Below are positions 28,001 to 35,913 of a stretch of 64,000 nt of DNA, one piece after another (the first letter of the stretch is position 1; every line of letters begins with the position of its first letter). The translations under genes and the position numbers were made by a program. The DNA is taken from NCBI GenBank assembly GCA_020853705.1, contig JADYYK010000014.1, forward strand, positions 77,751 through 141,750, in the 5' to 3' direction. The notes beneath the pieces were generated by a model, which had not been told where the DNA came from, searched no databases, and worked only from the letters and a program-made list of their open reading frames with translations. The DNA comes from Deltaproteobacteria bacterium (lineage in GTDB: Bacteria > Myxococcota_A > Polyangia > Haliangiales > JADYYK01).

Positions 28001-28512
28001 TGGGCGCGCGCCGGGGCGCCGCCTGGCTGCGCGAGCTGTCGCGCCAGAGCACCTCGCTGGCCGAGGTGCTGCAGCCGCAGGGCTCGCTGCTGGCGTGGTA
28101 CCCGACCGACCTCTACCTGCTCATGCTGCACTCGGTGCCGGCCGACTCGCGCGAGCCGCGGGCCTTCGCGCGCGAGCTGGGGCGCTCCGCGGCGGCGTCG
28201 ACCTTCGCGCGCTTCCTCGGCGCCGATCCCAACAAGCTCAACGCCCAGACCCTGCTCGACATGATCGGGGTGCTCTGGCACCGCTACCACACCTGGGGTC
28301 GGCTGGAGGTCGCGGCGCGGGCGCCCGGGATGGCCCGCCTGCACCTCGGCGAGGGGCTGCGCGACCCGCTGCTGACCGCGTCGGTGGCCGGGATCCTGGA
28401 GAAGGTGGCCGGCCTGTCCGGGCTGCACGGCGCGGCGCTGGAGGTCGCGGCCGACGACGCCGAGGGCGCCACCGAGTCCCAGTTCGTGCTGCGCTGGCGC
28501 GAACCCGGGTAA
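25030..28512 (+). CDS. Multidomain signalling protein: pseudo-receiver - GAF-like - degenerate GGDEF (I-site retained) - Ser/Thr protein kinase - Pro-rich repeat - C-terminal domain of unknown function
   Basis: 1160 aa with a GTG start. Receiver-like VLVIDSD...MLKPAS, but Ala at the phospho-acceptor position (AVLLLALALASP). GGDEF fold with RPHD-LLARY-SGDAL. Kinase motifs RGAMGVVYRA, VALK, HRDVKPANIV, DVG and GTPGFIAPE. Repeat PEPTPYPERGARL x2.5. Confidence 0.88.
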   Translation: MRPNSGLAGQRVLVIDSDLAHATTTVEILRGHGANADWVADVTAGLRALASREPAVLLLALALASPAVPGAPPQGDGGLWLLRRLRDDYMGRRPHVIVTERADRVDARLADFGVDAVMLKPASAETLLAAVLRAVDPEDATHGQGWYRELIKASVLEGDTQFALTSLAKRLQLAARVHDCIITATVSERDYAASAGGTAHEEFDSPVWESARVSLDAAATVLAQDPTTTSSLAVAIEQPGGTRLGVMVLHDDRARTWAPDVRESLVALGQRVYSELAWRSVQERITADNARLYEISMLDPMLPGVWTRAALDQALAAEVAARQRSGDPVTVAILDLRRLRAINDRHGHAAGDAAMKHVAHLVRQQLRPHDLLARYSGDALAVVLVRAALTDARRVVERLREAVAQTPLEWEGRGLGLEIVGGLACSLSDDDTAEVTLARASLAAKAAKRKSDGVVVADAQLSELDAPDTQRGLEAGAILGGMYKIIHEIDRGAMGVVYRAEDMGLGRAVALKTLRPDLARDLSFVARFRGEATTLAALRHENLVQVHSFGSDGDDVYFVMELVEGEPLEERLARAEQDGPAIPLPEAVVVLEQIAGALDTMHHAGILHRDVKPANIVLDRAKNRAVLVDVGIAKRRGGPTDAAGTPGFIAPESFQGGAEGPTADVYGLAATAYMVLAMVPPFGDGDITQILRRQEAKASLPPSAHRPGLPHAVDKVLLQSLDPDASKRHPSAGALVTALAEALLGAAPDVQRGDDFQPRRRPVAGAAPETTQLRGAAAVTRAQSPEGVAAVEALGPPAVPGPALDGHGAGRASGSASNADADAGPLTAVKEQEVHKGRPVEPRAVIAPPALDRPDFSADSGVVNLALRDPHATDPSRPAARAGRMPEPTPYPERGARLPEPTPYPERGARLPEPTPQPFLGAPTSSGSSGSFPGLGAPQATLPPSNQAMRAALRQTPGRPSRRVSTLPPGMGLEAPAQTRGVLFRAAPGLLGARRGAAWLRELSRQSTSLAEVLQPQGSLLAWYPTDLYLLMLHSVPADSREPRAFARELGRSAAASTFARFLGADPNKLNAQTLLDMIGVLWHRYHTWGRLEVAARAPGMARLHLGEGLRDPLLTASVAGILEKVAGLSGLHGAALEVAADDAEGATESQFVLRWREPG
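27685..27783 (+). repeat. 39-bp in-frame tandem repeat, 2.5 copies
   Basis: cccgagccgacgccatatcccgagcgcggcgcgcgcctg (27685-27723), a near-identical copy (27724-27762), and a partial third copy (27763-27783). Confidence 0.95.
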
Positions 28513-28529
28513 CACGGTACATAACCCGC

Positions 28530-29618
28530 GTGTCCGACCGCGGGATCGAGCAGCGCAAGGCCGATCACCTGGCCCTGGTGGCCGACGGCGACGTCGCGTT
28601 CAGGCGCTCGTCGCTGCTGAGCTGCGTCGAGCTCATGCACGACGCGCTGCCCGAGCTCGACACCCGCGAGGTCGATCTGACCACCGAGCTGGCCGGCAAG
28701 CGCCTGCGCGCGCCGCTGGTCATCGCGGGCATGACCGGCGGCACCGACGAGGCCGCGCGCCTCAACAAAGATCTGGCGCTGGTGGCGCAGAACGCCGGGG
28801 TGGCCTTCGGCCTCGGCTCGCAGCGCGCCATGCTGGTGCGGCCGGAGACGGCGTGGACCTTCGAGGTGCGCGACGTGGCGCCCGACGTGGTGCTGCTGGC
28901 CAACCTCGGCGTGGTGCAGGCCGGCCAGCTGGCGGTGGCCGAGGTGCGCAAGCTGTGCGCGCGCGTCGGCGCCGACGCCCTGTGTGTGCACCTGAACCCG
29001 GGCATGGAGCTGGTGCAACCGGGCGGGGATCGCGACTTCCGCGGCGCGCTGGGCACGCTGGCGCGCCTGCGCGACGGCCTCGAGCTGCCCATCATCGTCA
29101 AGGAGACCGGCTGCGGGCTGTCGCCCGAGGTGGCGCTGCGGCTGCGCAAGCTGGGCATCACCACGGTCGATGTCGGCGGCGCCGGCGGGACCTCGTGGGT
29201 CGGGGTCGAGACCCGGCGCGCCGAGGGGGCGCAGCGGGGCATCGGTGAGGCGCTGTGGGACTGGGGCGTGCCGACCGCGGTCAGCGTGGTCGGCTGTGCG
29301 CGCGCGGGCCTCGAGACCATCGCCACCGGCGGGCTGCGCGACGGGCTGGACGTGGCGCGCGCGCTGGCGCTGGGGGCGCGCGCGGCCGGGCTGGCGGCGC
29401 CGCTCTTGAAGGCGCACCGTGACGGTGGCGCGCCGGCGGCCGAGGCGCTGCTGGGCACGCTGATCGAGACCGTGCGCTCGGTGCTGGTGCTGACCGGGTG
29501 TCGGCGGCCGGAGGAGCTGACGCGCAGGCCGCGCGTGATCCTGCCCCCGCTGCGCGACTGGCTGGAGCAGCTGGGGCTCGGGGGATCGGGCGGGAAGCTC
29601 GTGCCGGACGGGCCGTGA
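28530..29618 (+). CDS. fni: Type 2 isopentenyl-diphosphate delta-isomerase
   Basis: GTG 28530 within ORF 28095-29618, 17 nt after the kinase stop. Motifs VSDRGIEQRKADHL, IAGMTGGT, VKETGCG and VDVGGAGGTSW. Confidence 0.92.
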   Translation: MSDRGIEQRKADHLALVADGDVAFRRSSLLSCVELMHDALPELDTREVDLTTELAGKRLRAPLVIAGMTGGTDEAARLNKDLALVAQNAGVAFGLGSQRAMLVRPETAWTFEVRDVAPDVVLLANLGVVQAGQLAVAEVRKLCARVGADALCVHLNPGMELVQPGGDRDFRGALGTLARLRDGLELPIIVKETGCGLSPEVALRLRKLGITTVDVGGAGGTSWVGVETRRAEGAQRGIGEALWDWGVPTAVSVVGCARAGLETIATGGLRDGLDVARALALGARAAGLAAPLLKAHRDGGAPAAEALLGTLIETVRSVLVLTGCRRPEELTRRPRVILPPLRDWLEQLGLGGSGGKLVPDGP

Positions 29619-29655
29619 TGCGGTGCCGACCGGACCGCGCCAGGGAGCGGCGCTG

Positions 29656-30591
29656 ATGCCTCGCCACGTCCCACGCGGCGTCTGCAAGGCGATCCTGACC
29701 GGCGAGCACGCGGTGGTGTATGGCCACGAGGCGCTGGCGACCGCGCTGCCGCTGGGCTTCGCGGCCACGCTGGATCATCCGCCCCAGGGGCCCCTGCTGG
29801 CGGTCGAGGTCGCGGCCACCAGCGCCGAGGCGGTGCCGTTCCGCGGCGCGCTCGGGGATGGCTCGATGCTGGGCCAGGCCATCGAGAAGATCGCGGCGGC
29901 GCTGGGCGTCTCGCGCCAGCGGCCGCTGCTGGTGCGGGTGGTGGGCGATGTGCCGCTGGGGCGCGGCCTGGGGTCGTCGGCGGCGCTGGCCGCGGTGATC
30001 GCGGACGCCCTGGCGGTCGCGCACGGCCTCGAGCTGCCGGTGGACGAGCTGGCGCGCGCGGCCCGGGCGGGCGACGAGGTGTTCCACGGGCGCGCCTCGG
30101 GGATCGACGCCGAGGCGGCGGTGCGCCGCGAGCTGGGGCTGTTCTCGCGCACGGCGGGCTGGCGGCGGGTCGAGGCGGCGCCGCTGCACCTGCTGGTGGT
30201 CGACAGTGGTGAGCCGCGCAGCACCGCCGACGTGGTGGCGCGCGTGGGCGCGCGGCGCGCGGCCGACGAGCTCGGGGTGGCGCGGCTGATGGCGGCGATG
30301 GGGGCGCTGGCGCAGCCGGCGGCGACGGCCGCCCGCACGGGCGACCTGGCCGCGCTGGGGCGGGTGTTCGATGACAACCACCGCCTGCTGCAGGAGCTCG
30401 GAGTGTCGACGCCGGGGCTCGACGCCGCGGTGGTGGCGGCGCGTGAGGCCGGCGCGCTGGGCGCCAAGCTGACTGGCGCCGGTGGTGGTGGCGTGGCCAT
30501 CGCGCTGATGGCGGATCGTGCCGCGCTGACGCGGGCGCACGCCGCGGTGGTCGCGGGCGGACGCAAGGGCTGGGCGCTGACATGTCCGTGA
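29656..30591 (+). CDS. mvk: Mevalonate kinase
   Basis: ATG 29656 (GGGAG upstream; GTG 29623 is also possible). GHMP motifs KAILTGEHAVVYG, GRGLGSSAALAAVIADAL and KLTGAGGGG. Confidence 0.9.
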   Translation: MPRHVPRGVCKAILTGEHAVVYGHEALATALPLGFAATLDHPPQGPLLAVEVAATSAEAVPFRGALGDGSMLGQAIEKIAAALGVSRQRPLLVRVVGDVPLGRGLGSSAALAAVIADALAVAHGLELPVDELARAARAGDEVFHGRASGIDAEAAVRRELGLFSRTAGWRRVEAAPLHLLVVDSGEPRSTADVVARVGARRAADELGVARLMAAMGALAQPAATAARTGDLAALGRVFDDNHRLLQELGVSTPGLDAAVVAAREAGALGAKLTGAGGGGVAIALMADRAALTRAHAAVVAGGRKGWALTCP

Positions 30592-31574
30592 CCGCAGGTG
30601 GCAAGGCGACCGCGCGCGCGCACGCCAACATCGCGCTGGTCAAGTACTGGGGCAAGCGTGCGGGGGCGGGCAACGTGCCGGCGGCGCCCAGCCTGTCGAT
30701 GACGCTGGACGCCCTGGTGACCGAGACCACGGTGGAGCTGGGGGACGGCGCGACCGACGAGGTCGAGCTGGATGGGGTCGCGGCGGGGCCGGACGCGGTG
30801 ACCCGCGTGGGGCGTGTGCTGGGCGAGCTCCGCGCGCGCGCCGGGAGCACGAGCACGAGGATGGCGTGCGTGAAGTCGCGCAACTTCTTCCCGACGGCGT
30901 CGGGGCTGGCGTCGTCAGCGTCAGCGTATGCGGCGCTGGTGACGGCGGCAGCGGCGGCGTATGGCGTCGAGCTGTCGCCGGAGGACGCCTCGCGGCTGGC
31001 GCGCAAGGGCAGCGCCTCGGCGGCGCGGTCGATCCATGGCGGCTGGGTCCTCCTGCCCGGCGGTGACGAGGCCGGGCCGGACCCCGCGGCCGAGCCGCTG
31101 GCGCCGCCCGACGCCCTCGACGTCGCCATGGTCGTGGCCATCACCGATCCCGGCCCCAAGAAGGTGTCGTCGCGCGACGGCATGACGTTGACCGCGGAGA
31201 CCTCGCCGTACTACCAGCCCTGGCTGGCCACCGCGCGCGCCGACGCCGCCGCCGCCCGCGCCGCCCTGGCCGCGCGCGAGCTGCCCCGCCTCGGCGAGCT
31301 CATGGAGCAGAGCTGCCTGGCCATGCACGCCTCGGCGCTGGCGGCGCGCCCGGGGGTGATCTACCTGCGCGGGGTCACCCTCGACGGCTTCCTGCTGGTG
31401 CGCGAGCTGCGCCGCGGCGGCCGGTCGTGCTGGTTCACCGCCGACGCCGGCCCGCACGTGAAGGCGCTGTGCGCGCGCGCCGACGCCGCACAGGTCGCCG
31501 CCGCCCTGGGCGCGCTGCCCGGGGTCACCCGCACCCTGGTCTCGGCGCCCGGGGGCAAGGCCCACCTTGTCTGA
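30582..31574 (+). CDS. mvaD: Diphosphomevalonate decarboxylase
   Basis: 330 aa. Motifs NIALVKYWGKR and ASGLASSASAYAALV. Overlaps the mvk end by 10 nt. Confidence 0.92.
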   Translation: MSVTAGGKATARAHANIALVKYWGKRAGAGNVPAAPSLSMTLDALVTETTVELGDGATDEVELDGVAAGPDAVTRVGRVLGELRARAGSTSTRMACVKSRNFFPTASGLASSASAYAALVTAAAAAYGVELSPEDASRLARKGSASAARSIHGGWVLLPGGDEAGPDPAAEPLAPPDALDVAMVVAITDPGPKKVSSRDGMTLTAETSPYYQPWLATARADAAAARAALAARELPRLGELMEQSCLAMHASALAARPGVIYLRGVTLDGFLLVRELRRGGRSCWFTADAGPHVKALCARADAAQVAAALGALPGVTRTLVSAPGGKAHLV

Positions 31575-32553
31575 AGCGCGTGTCGGCACCCGCGCGGTGG
31601 CGCCTGGCAAGGCCTTCGTGTGCGGTGAATATGCCGTGCTCGAGGGCGGCATGGCGGTGGTCGCCGCCGTCGACCGGCTGGCCGTTGCCGAGATCCGGAG
31701 CGCTGCCGACGCGCCGCCGGCGACCGACTTCGTGGCCGCCGCGCTGGCCGAGATGAAGACGCGCTTCGGGCTGACGGTGCCGGGCATCGCCATCGACACC
31801 AGCGCGTTCAGCCATCGAGAGAACCGCAAGCTCGGCCTGGGTTCGTCGGCCGCCACCGTGGCGGCCACCGTGTGCGCGGTCTGGCTGGCCCATGAGCGCC
31901 CCCTGGCGCGCGCGCGCATGACCCTGCACGACGCCGCGCTGGCAGCCCACGCCAGGGCCCAGGAGGCCCGCGGCGCGGCCGGCTCGGGGGCCGACGTCTC
32001 GGCCTCGATCATGGGTGGTCTCACGGGGTTCCAGCGCACGGCCAGCATCACCCGCGCGGTCCACCTGGACCATGGTCCGCTGTCGGGCGGCCCGGGCAGC
32101 GCGACCCTGTGTTTCGTCGACACGGGGAATCCAGCCGATACCGCGGGAATGCTGGCAAACCTGGGCTCGTTGCGCGACAGGGCCCGAACGCGGTATGACT
32201 CCACCTTCGAAGCTCTCAGACAGGGCGCCCGACGCTTCCTGAGCGCCCTCGAGGCAGCACAGATTCACGAAATGATCCAGGAATACGATAGCTACGGTGC
32301 GGCGCTCGAAGCGCTGGGGGTGCTCGCGGGGAGCCCCATCGTGACCCCTGCCCACGCCGCCGTGCGCACCCTGGCGCGCGCGCTGGGTGGCGCCGCCAAG
32401 CCGTCGGGCGCTGGCGGGGGCGATCTCGCCGCCGTGCTGCTGCCCCCTGGGATCGCCCCCGAGGCGCTCGACCCTGGCCTCGCCGCCGCCGGCCTCGCGC
32501 GGGTGCCGCTGGCGCTGCGCCACGCCGGCGCGGGGCTGGAGCAGGCGCGATGA
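31567..32553 (+). CDS. Phosphomevalonate kinase (GHMP type)
   Basis: 328 aa with a TTG start. Motifs PGKAFVCGEYAVLEG, KLGLGSSAATVAATV and KPSGAGGGD. Overlaps the mvd end by 8 nt. Confidence 0.85.
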   Translation: MSEARVGTRAVAPGKAFVCGEYAVLEGGMAVVAAVDRLAVAEIRSAADAPPATDFVAAALAEMKTRFGLTVPGIAIDTSAFSHRENRKLGLGSSAATVAATVCAVWLAHERPLARARMTLHDAALAAHARAQEARGAAGSGADVSASIMGGLTGFQRTASITRAVHLDHGPLSGGPGSATLCFVDTGNPADTAGMLANLGSLRDRARTRYDSTFEALRQGARRFLSALEAAQIHEMIQEYDSYGAALEALGVLAGSPIVTPAHAAVRTLARALGGAAKPSGAGGGDLAAVLLPPGIAPEALDPGLAAAGLARVPLALRHAGAGLEQAR

Positions 32554-33881
32554 GCCAGGGCGGCGGCAAGCTCCCGGGGCGCTCGTCACGCATGTCCGGC
32601 TTCTACCGGCTGCCGCTGGCCGAGCGTCGCGCCCAGCTCAGCGCCGCCATGGGCGCGCCGGGCAGCGACCTCGGCTGCCTCGACGACGGCGGGCTCGACC
32701 TCGACGCCGCCAACGATCTCATCGAGAACGTCATCGGCACCTACTCGCTGCCGCTCGGCCTCGGCCTCAACTTCGTGGTCAACGGCCGCGACTACCTGGT
32801 CCCGATGTGCGTCGAGGAGCCCTCGGTGGTGGCCGCCGCCTCCAACGCCGCGCGCATGGTGCGCAGCGGCGGCGGCTTCAAGGCCGACGCCGATCCGCCC
32901 ATCATGATCGCGCAGGTCGAGCTGCGCGACGTGCCCGACCTCGGCCGCGCCGAGGCCGCCATCGCCGCCGCCACCCCGCGCCTGCTCGCCGAGGCCGACC
33001 TGGTCATCGGCAAGCTGGTCGAGCGCGGCGGCGGCGCGCGCGCCATCGTGCCGCGCCGCCTGGGCCCGCACGAGCTGTGCATCCACCTCGAGATCGACTG
33101 CCGCGACGCCATGGGCGCCAACCTGGTCAACGGCGTCGCCGAGGCGCTGGCGCCGCGCCTGGGCGAGCTGTCGCAGGGCCGCGTCGGGCTGCGCATCCTG
33201 TCCAACCTGGCCGATCGCCGCCGCGTGCGCGTGCGCTGTCGGGTGCCCGCCGCCGAGCTGGCCGCCGGCGGCCTGCCCGGCCCCGAGGTGGTGGCCGCCA
33301 TCGCCGCGGCGTCGCGCTTCGCCGAGCTCGACCCCTACCGCGCCGCGACCCACAACAAGGGCATCATGAACGGTGTCGACGCCGTGGCCCTGGCCATCGG
33401 CAACGACTGGCGGGGCATCGAGGCCGGCGCCCACGCCTACGCCGCGCTGAGCGGACGCTACCGTCCCCTGGCGACCTGGAGCGCGGCCTCCGGCGGCGCG
33501 GCCCTGGAGGGCCAGCTGGAGATGCCGATGGCGGTCGGCACCGTGGGCGGGGCGCTGCGGGTGCACCGCGGCGCGCGCCTGAGCCTGGCCATCCTGGCCG
33601 CCGACAGCGCGCAGGAGGTCGCCGGCGTCATCGGCGCGGTCGGCCTGGCGTCCAACCTGGCCGCGCTGCGTGCGCTGGCCACCGAGGGCATCCAGCGCGG
33701 CCACATGGAGCTGCACGCGCGCTCGGTGGCGCGCGGGGTCGGCGCCGAGGGCGACCTGGTGGCCCGCGTGGCCGCCGAGCTGGCCCACGCTGGCGACTTC
33801 AAACCCGAACGTGCCCAGGCCATCCTCGATCGCCTGCGCATGCTGAACTCGACGGTCTCGAACCCGGAGGTCCTGAAGTGA
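32550..33881 (+). CDS. mvaA: Class II hydroxymethylglutaryl-CoA reductase
   Basis: 443 aa. Motifs ENVIGTYSLPLGLGLNFVVNGRDYLVPMCVEEPSVVAAAS, DAMGANLVN, AVGTVGG and GIQRGHMELHAR. ATGA overlap with pmk. Confidence 0.94.
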   Translation: MSQGGGKLPGRSSRMSGFYRLPLAERRAQLSAAMGAPGSDLGCLDDGGLDLDAANDLIENVIGTYSLPLGLGLNFVVNGRDYLVPMCVEEPSVVAAASNAARMVRSGGGFKADADPPIMIAQVELRDVPDLGRAEAAIAAATPRLLAEADLVIGKLVERGGGARAIVPRRLGPHELCIHLEIDCRDAMGANLVNGVAEALAPRLGELSQGRVGLRILSNLADRRRVRVRCRVPAAELAAGGLPGPEVVAAIAAASRFAELDPYRAATHNKGIMNGVDAVALAIGNDWRGIEAGAHAYAALSGRYRPLATWSAASGGAALEGQLEMPMAVGTVGGALRVHRGARLSLAILAADSAQEVAGVIGAVGLASNLAALRALATEGIQRGHMELHARSVARGVGAEGDLVARVAAELAHAGDFKPERAQAILDRLRMLNSTVSNPEVLK

Positions 33882-34885
33882 GCATCCCCGCCCCTGCCCC
33901 GGTGTCGCCGCTGCCGCACGACACCACTGCGCCGCCGCCCAGCGCGGCCACCGTCGAGCAGGCCTACGCGGTGTGCGCCCAGATCGCCGGGCGCCATGGC
34001 GAGAACTTCCCGGTCGCCTCGCTGCTGACGCCGCCGCGGCTGCGCCGGCACGTGCAGGCCATCTATGCCTTCGCGCGCACCGCCGACGACTTCGCCGACG
34101 AGCCCGCCTTCGAGGGCCGCCGCGGCCAGCTGCTCGACGCCTACGACGACGAGCTCGAGCGCGCCTTCCGCGGCGAGGCCAGCCAGCCCATCTTCATCGC
34201 GCTGGCCGACACCGCCGAGCGCTTCGAGCTGCCCATCGCGCCGTTCCAGGACCTCCTGTCGGCCTTCCGCGCCGATCTGACCCGGCGCCGCTACGCCACC
34301 TTCGCCGAGCTGCGCGGCCTGCTCACCCTGGTGGCCGAGCCGATCGGGCGCCTGCTGCTCAACCTGTTCGGGTATCGCTCGCCGGCGCTGCTGCGCTATG
34401 GCGACGACCTCTCGGCCGGGCTGGCGCTGGCCAACTTCTGGCAGGACGTCGGCAAGGATCTGGCGCGCGACCGGATCTACCTGCCCAGCGAGGATCTGCG
34501 CCATTTCGGCGTCACCGAGGACGACCTGCGCGATCGCCTGGCGGGCCGCCCGCCGCGCACCGGCAGCGCCAAGGACATGACCCAGCGCATCCGCGACCTG
34601 ATGCGCTTCGAGGTCTCGCGGGCGCGCGCCATCCTCGATCGCGGCCGGCCCCTGATCGAGGCGGTGGGCCCCGACGTCGGGGTCGAGATCGCCGCCTTCT
34701 GGCTGGGCGGCCAGCGCATCCTCGACAAGATCGAGGCTGGCCGCCACGACGTGCTGACGCGCCGTCCGCGCACCAATGGCTTCGACCTGCTGGCGGTCGG
34801 CGCCGGGGCGCTGTGGTGGCGGGCGCGCGCGCGCCTGGCCGGGCGCGGCGCGGCGCGGCCGTCGTTCGAGCGGAGCGGCGGATAG
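33878..34885 (+). CDS. hpnC: Squalene/phytoene synthase family, HpnC-like (hydroxysqualene synthase)
   Basis: GTG 33878 overlaps the hmgR stop (GTGA). Motifs GENFPVAS, YAFARTADDFADE and ANFWQDVGKDLARDRIYLPSEDL. Confidence 0.78.
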   Translation: MSIPAPAPVSPLPHDTTAPPPSAATVEQAYAVCAQIAGRHGENFPVASLLTPPRLRRHVQAIYAFARTADDFADEPAFEGRRGQLLDAYDDELERAFRGEASQPIFIALADTAERFELPIAPFQDLLSAFRADLTRRRYATFAELRGLLTLVAEPIGRLLLNLFGYRSPALLRYGDDLSAGLALANFWQDVGKDLARDRIYLPSEDLRHFGVTEDDLRDRLAGRPPRTGSAKDMTQRIRDLMRFEVSRARAILDRGRPLIEAVGPDVGVEIAAFWLGGQRILDKIEAGRHDVLTRRPRTNGFDLLAVGAGALWWRARARLAGRGAARPSFERSGG

Positions 34886-34887
34886 CG

Positions 34888-35892
34888 ATGCCGGGCGGGC
34901 AGTCAGGCCTGGGAACCCTGGGTGGTCACGAGCTGGGCTTCTGGCACAAGCTGCGCCTGCGCAGCCGGTCCAACCTGTACTTCGCGCTGGCCTTCCTGCC
35001 CCGCCACCAGCGCGAGGCCTTCCGCGACGTGTACCGCTTCCTGCGCTCGGCCGACGACGTGGTCGACGAGGCCGGCGCCGCCGAGCGCCCGGCCGCGGCG
35101 CGCGCGCTGGCGTCGTTCTCCGACGAGCTGTCGCGGATCTATGCCGGCGGTGCCGCCAGCGTGGCGGCCGCGGTGCCCGAGGCCGCCCGCCTCAGCGCGG
35201 TGATCCGTCGCTTCGGCCTGCCGCGGCGCCACTTCGACGCCATCCTGGCCGGGATCGCGCGCGACCTCGACGACCGCGCCACCCCGCACGCCGACTGGGC
35301 CGCGCTGGCGGCCTACTGCGAGGCCATCGGCTCGTCGCTCGGCCACCTCAGCCTGGCGCTGTTCACCGACGGCGATCCCGCGGTGCTGGCCGACCCCGCG
35401 GCCGCGACCTACGCCCACGATCTCGGGCTGGCGCTGCAGCTGGCCAACATCCTGCGCGACGTCGGCGAGGACGCCGCGCGCGGGCGGATCTACCTGCCGG
35501 TGGAGGACCTCGTGCGCTTCGAGGTCGACCCCGCCAGCCTGCTCGCGCGCCGCATGACGCCGGCCTTCGCGCGCCTGGCCGCGCACGAGCACGGCCGCAT
35601 CCGGGAGCTCATCGCCAGTGCGCGCGCCGCGCTGGCGACCCGCCCGGCCCTGCGCCGCCGCCTGGTGGTGGCCGAGATCTGGGCCGACGTCTACCTGGCC
35701 CAGCTCGACGCCCTGGCCGCACGCGGCTGGGACGTGTTCGCGCCCGGGCCCACGCTGCGCAAGCGGCGCAAGCTGGCGCTGGCGGTCAGCCGCTGGGTGC
35801 GCACCCGGCTCGGCTTCGGGCTGGGGCCGGCCGACGGCCCGGGCCAGGCCAGCGCTGGCGCGGCGCCCCCCATCGCTTCCCATCGCGCCTGA
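34888..35892 (+). CDS. hpnD: Squalene/phytoene synthase family, HpnD-like (presqualene diphosphate synthase)
   Basis: ATG 34888, 2 nt after the hpnC stop. Motifs SNLYFALAFLPRHQREAFRDVYRFLRSADDVVDE and ANILRDVGEDAARGRIYLPVEDL. Confidence 0.78.
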   Translation: MPGGQSGLGTLGGHELGFWHKLRLRSRSNLYFALAFLPRHQREAFRDVYRFLRSADDVVDEAGAAERPAAARALASFSDELSRIYAGGAASVAAAVPEAARLSAVIRRFGLPRRHFDAILAGIARDLDDRATPHADWAALAAYCEAIGSSLGHLSLALFTDGDPAVLADPAAATYAHDLGLALQLANILRDVGEDAARGRIYLPVEDLVRFEVDPASLLARRMTPAFARLAAHEHGRIRELIASARAALATRPALRRRLVVAEIWADVYLAQLDALAARGWDVFAPGPTLRKRRKLALAVSRWVRTRLGFGLGPADGPGQASAGAAPPIASHRA

Positions 35893-35913
35893 AACCGTCT
35901 ATTCTCCGGCGCC

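Noticed and set aside
28095-29618. 5'-extended versions of real genes in the ORF track: 28095-29618, 32387-34885, 33973-35892, 36346-38118, 41381-43108, 43464-44927, 53505-55331, 58581-60746, 39591-41408, 9573-10238, 7989-9695 and 11258-15241.
   Set aside because: The upstream portions overlap neighbouring genuine genes and are low-complexity. Internal starts coincide with signal peptides, SD-like motifs or stop/start overlaps and restore normal protein lengths.
25540-31183. Long minus-strand ORFs (25540-28515, 991 aa; 28565-31183, 872 aa; 29281-30540; 29775-30623) opposite the kinase and mevalonate genes.
   Set aside because: They have the same GC-artefact composition (poly-R/P/A/G). The plus-strand frames contain unambiguous kinase, Fni, Mvk and Mvd motifs.
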